Below are positions 63,150 to 64,000 of a stretch of 64,000 bases of DNA, piece after piece; the first letter of the stretch is position 1; every line of letters begins with the position of its first letter. The notes beneath the pieces are model-generated. The model did not search any database. It worked only from the letters and a program-made list of their open reading frames with translations, and had not been told where the DNA came from. The position numbers and the translations under genes are program-made. Source of the stretch: Eledone cirrhosa (Eukaryota); the NCBI GenBank assembly GCA_964016885.1, contig OZ024740.1, forward strand, positions 73,780,001 through 73,844,000, in the 5' to 3' direction.

Positions 63150-63171
63150 ATCTGTTTCTCTATTATTTCAG
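63150..63171 (+). promoter_or_regulatory. Probable splice acceptor preceding the ZNF coding exon
   Basis: Pyrimidine tract CTGTTTCTCTATTATTTCAG, about 370 bp upstream of the ZNF ATG. Confidence 0.45.
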
Positions 63172-63538
63172 AATATCAGATGACATTGGCAGAAAGCATT
63201 TTATATTTGAGATCCATCATCACAATTTATTATCTTTTAAAGACTAAAGGAAGATTTTATATAGAACAGAAATTTGTCTATTTATATCTGTTTTAACTGC
63301 TGTGAAATATTTCCTCAGAAATGAGATTGATAGCAGCATTTCTCTATTTCACTGTTTGGAATGTGTATAAGATAATTTCACATTCTAATTAAAATTGGAC
63401 AAATATACAAAATAGTTTGTAGTTTCTCCATATATTGTCTGTTGATGGAAATATAGCAGAAGAAATATTTGTGAGAAATAAACTACACATAAGAAAAGAA
63501 GAAACACATCTGAATCTTGAGGTGAACAAAGAAAAATT

Positions 63539-64000
63539 ATGGAAAATGAATTGTGTGAAAACCAGGTTGAATTGAAAGTAGAGTCTGAAAGGATTGATAT
63601 TCCTGAAGAAACAAGAGAGACACCATATCACTGTGAAATCTGTAAAAAGTCATTCTCTCAAAAAAGTCACTTAACTACTCACAAACTAATTCATACAGGA
63701 GAGAAACCATATCACTGTGATATCTGTAAAGCATCATTCTCTCAAAAAGGTAACCTAACTAAACACATACGCAGTCATACAGGAGAGAAACCATATCACT
63801 GTGATATCTGTGGTAAATCGTTTTCTGGAAATGGTGACCTGACTAGACACAAACGTATTCATACAGGAGAAAAACCATATCACTGTGATATCTGTGGTGA
63901 ATCATTCTCTAATGGAAATAACTTAACTATACATGTACGTATTCATACAGGAGAAAAGCCATATCATTGCGATATCTGTGGTAAATCATTCTCTCAAAAT
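63539..64000 (+). CDS. Tandem C2H2 (Krueppel-type) zinc-finger protein, 5' part, truncated by the window end
   Basis: MENELCENQVELKVESERIDIPEETRETPYHCEICKKSFSQKSHLTTHKLIHTGEKPYHCDIC...: 4 complete fingers plus the start of a fifth, with HTGEKPY linkers. In-frame stop upstream at 63518. Missing from the ORF track because there is no stop inside the window. Confidence 0.95.
   Translation, partial: MENELCENQVELKVESERIDIPEETRETPYHCEICKKSFSQKSHLTTHKLIHTGEKPYHCDICKASFSQKGNLTKHIRSHTGEKPYHCDICGKSFSGNGDLTRHKRIHTGEKPYHCDICGESFSNGNNLTIHVRIHTGEKPYHCDICGKSFSQN

Overview
AT-rich, microsatellite-dense eukaryotic DNA, very probably from an octopus or another coleoid cephalopod. This is inferred from the HTGEKPYHCDICGKSFS-type C2H2 array, the tRNA-derived SINEs and the (TA)n/(CA)n/(GAT)n tracts. 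Almost the whole window is nested transposable elements. LINE-type elements: an RTE-clade LINE with an uninterrupted EN-RT frame (~29072-32628), a broken inverted sister copy (8653-11790), a near full-length L1/Tx1 LINE (~54735-60226) plus fragments, and R4/Dong, CRE-like and CR1-like fragments. Other elements: a decayed Gypsy LTR element (35745-39941), a probable solo LTR, Helitron Rep/PIF1 remnants, Tigger/pogo and Tc1/mariner remnants, MITEs and many SINEs. The only clear host gene is a C2H2 zinc-finger ORF starting at 63539 and running off the window end. Most notable observations: (1) (TA)n-embedded Penelope-type cassettes that form large palindromes and carry minimal type I hammerhead ribozymes; (2) a C4HC3 PHD finger inserted inside the RT domain of the RTE LINE, within a patch of elevated synonymous divergence between the two copies; (3) several cleanly readable nested insertions. 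All calls were made by eye and boundaries are approximate unless a TSD or TIR is quoted.
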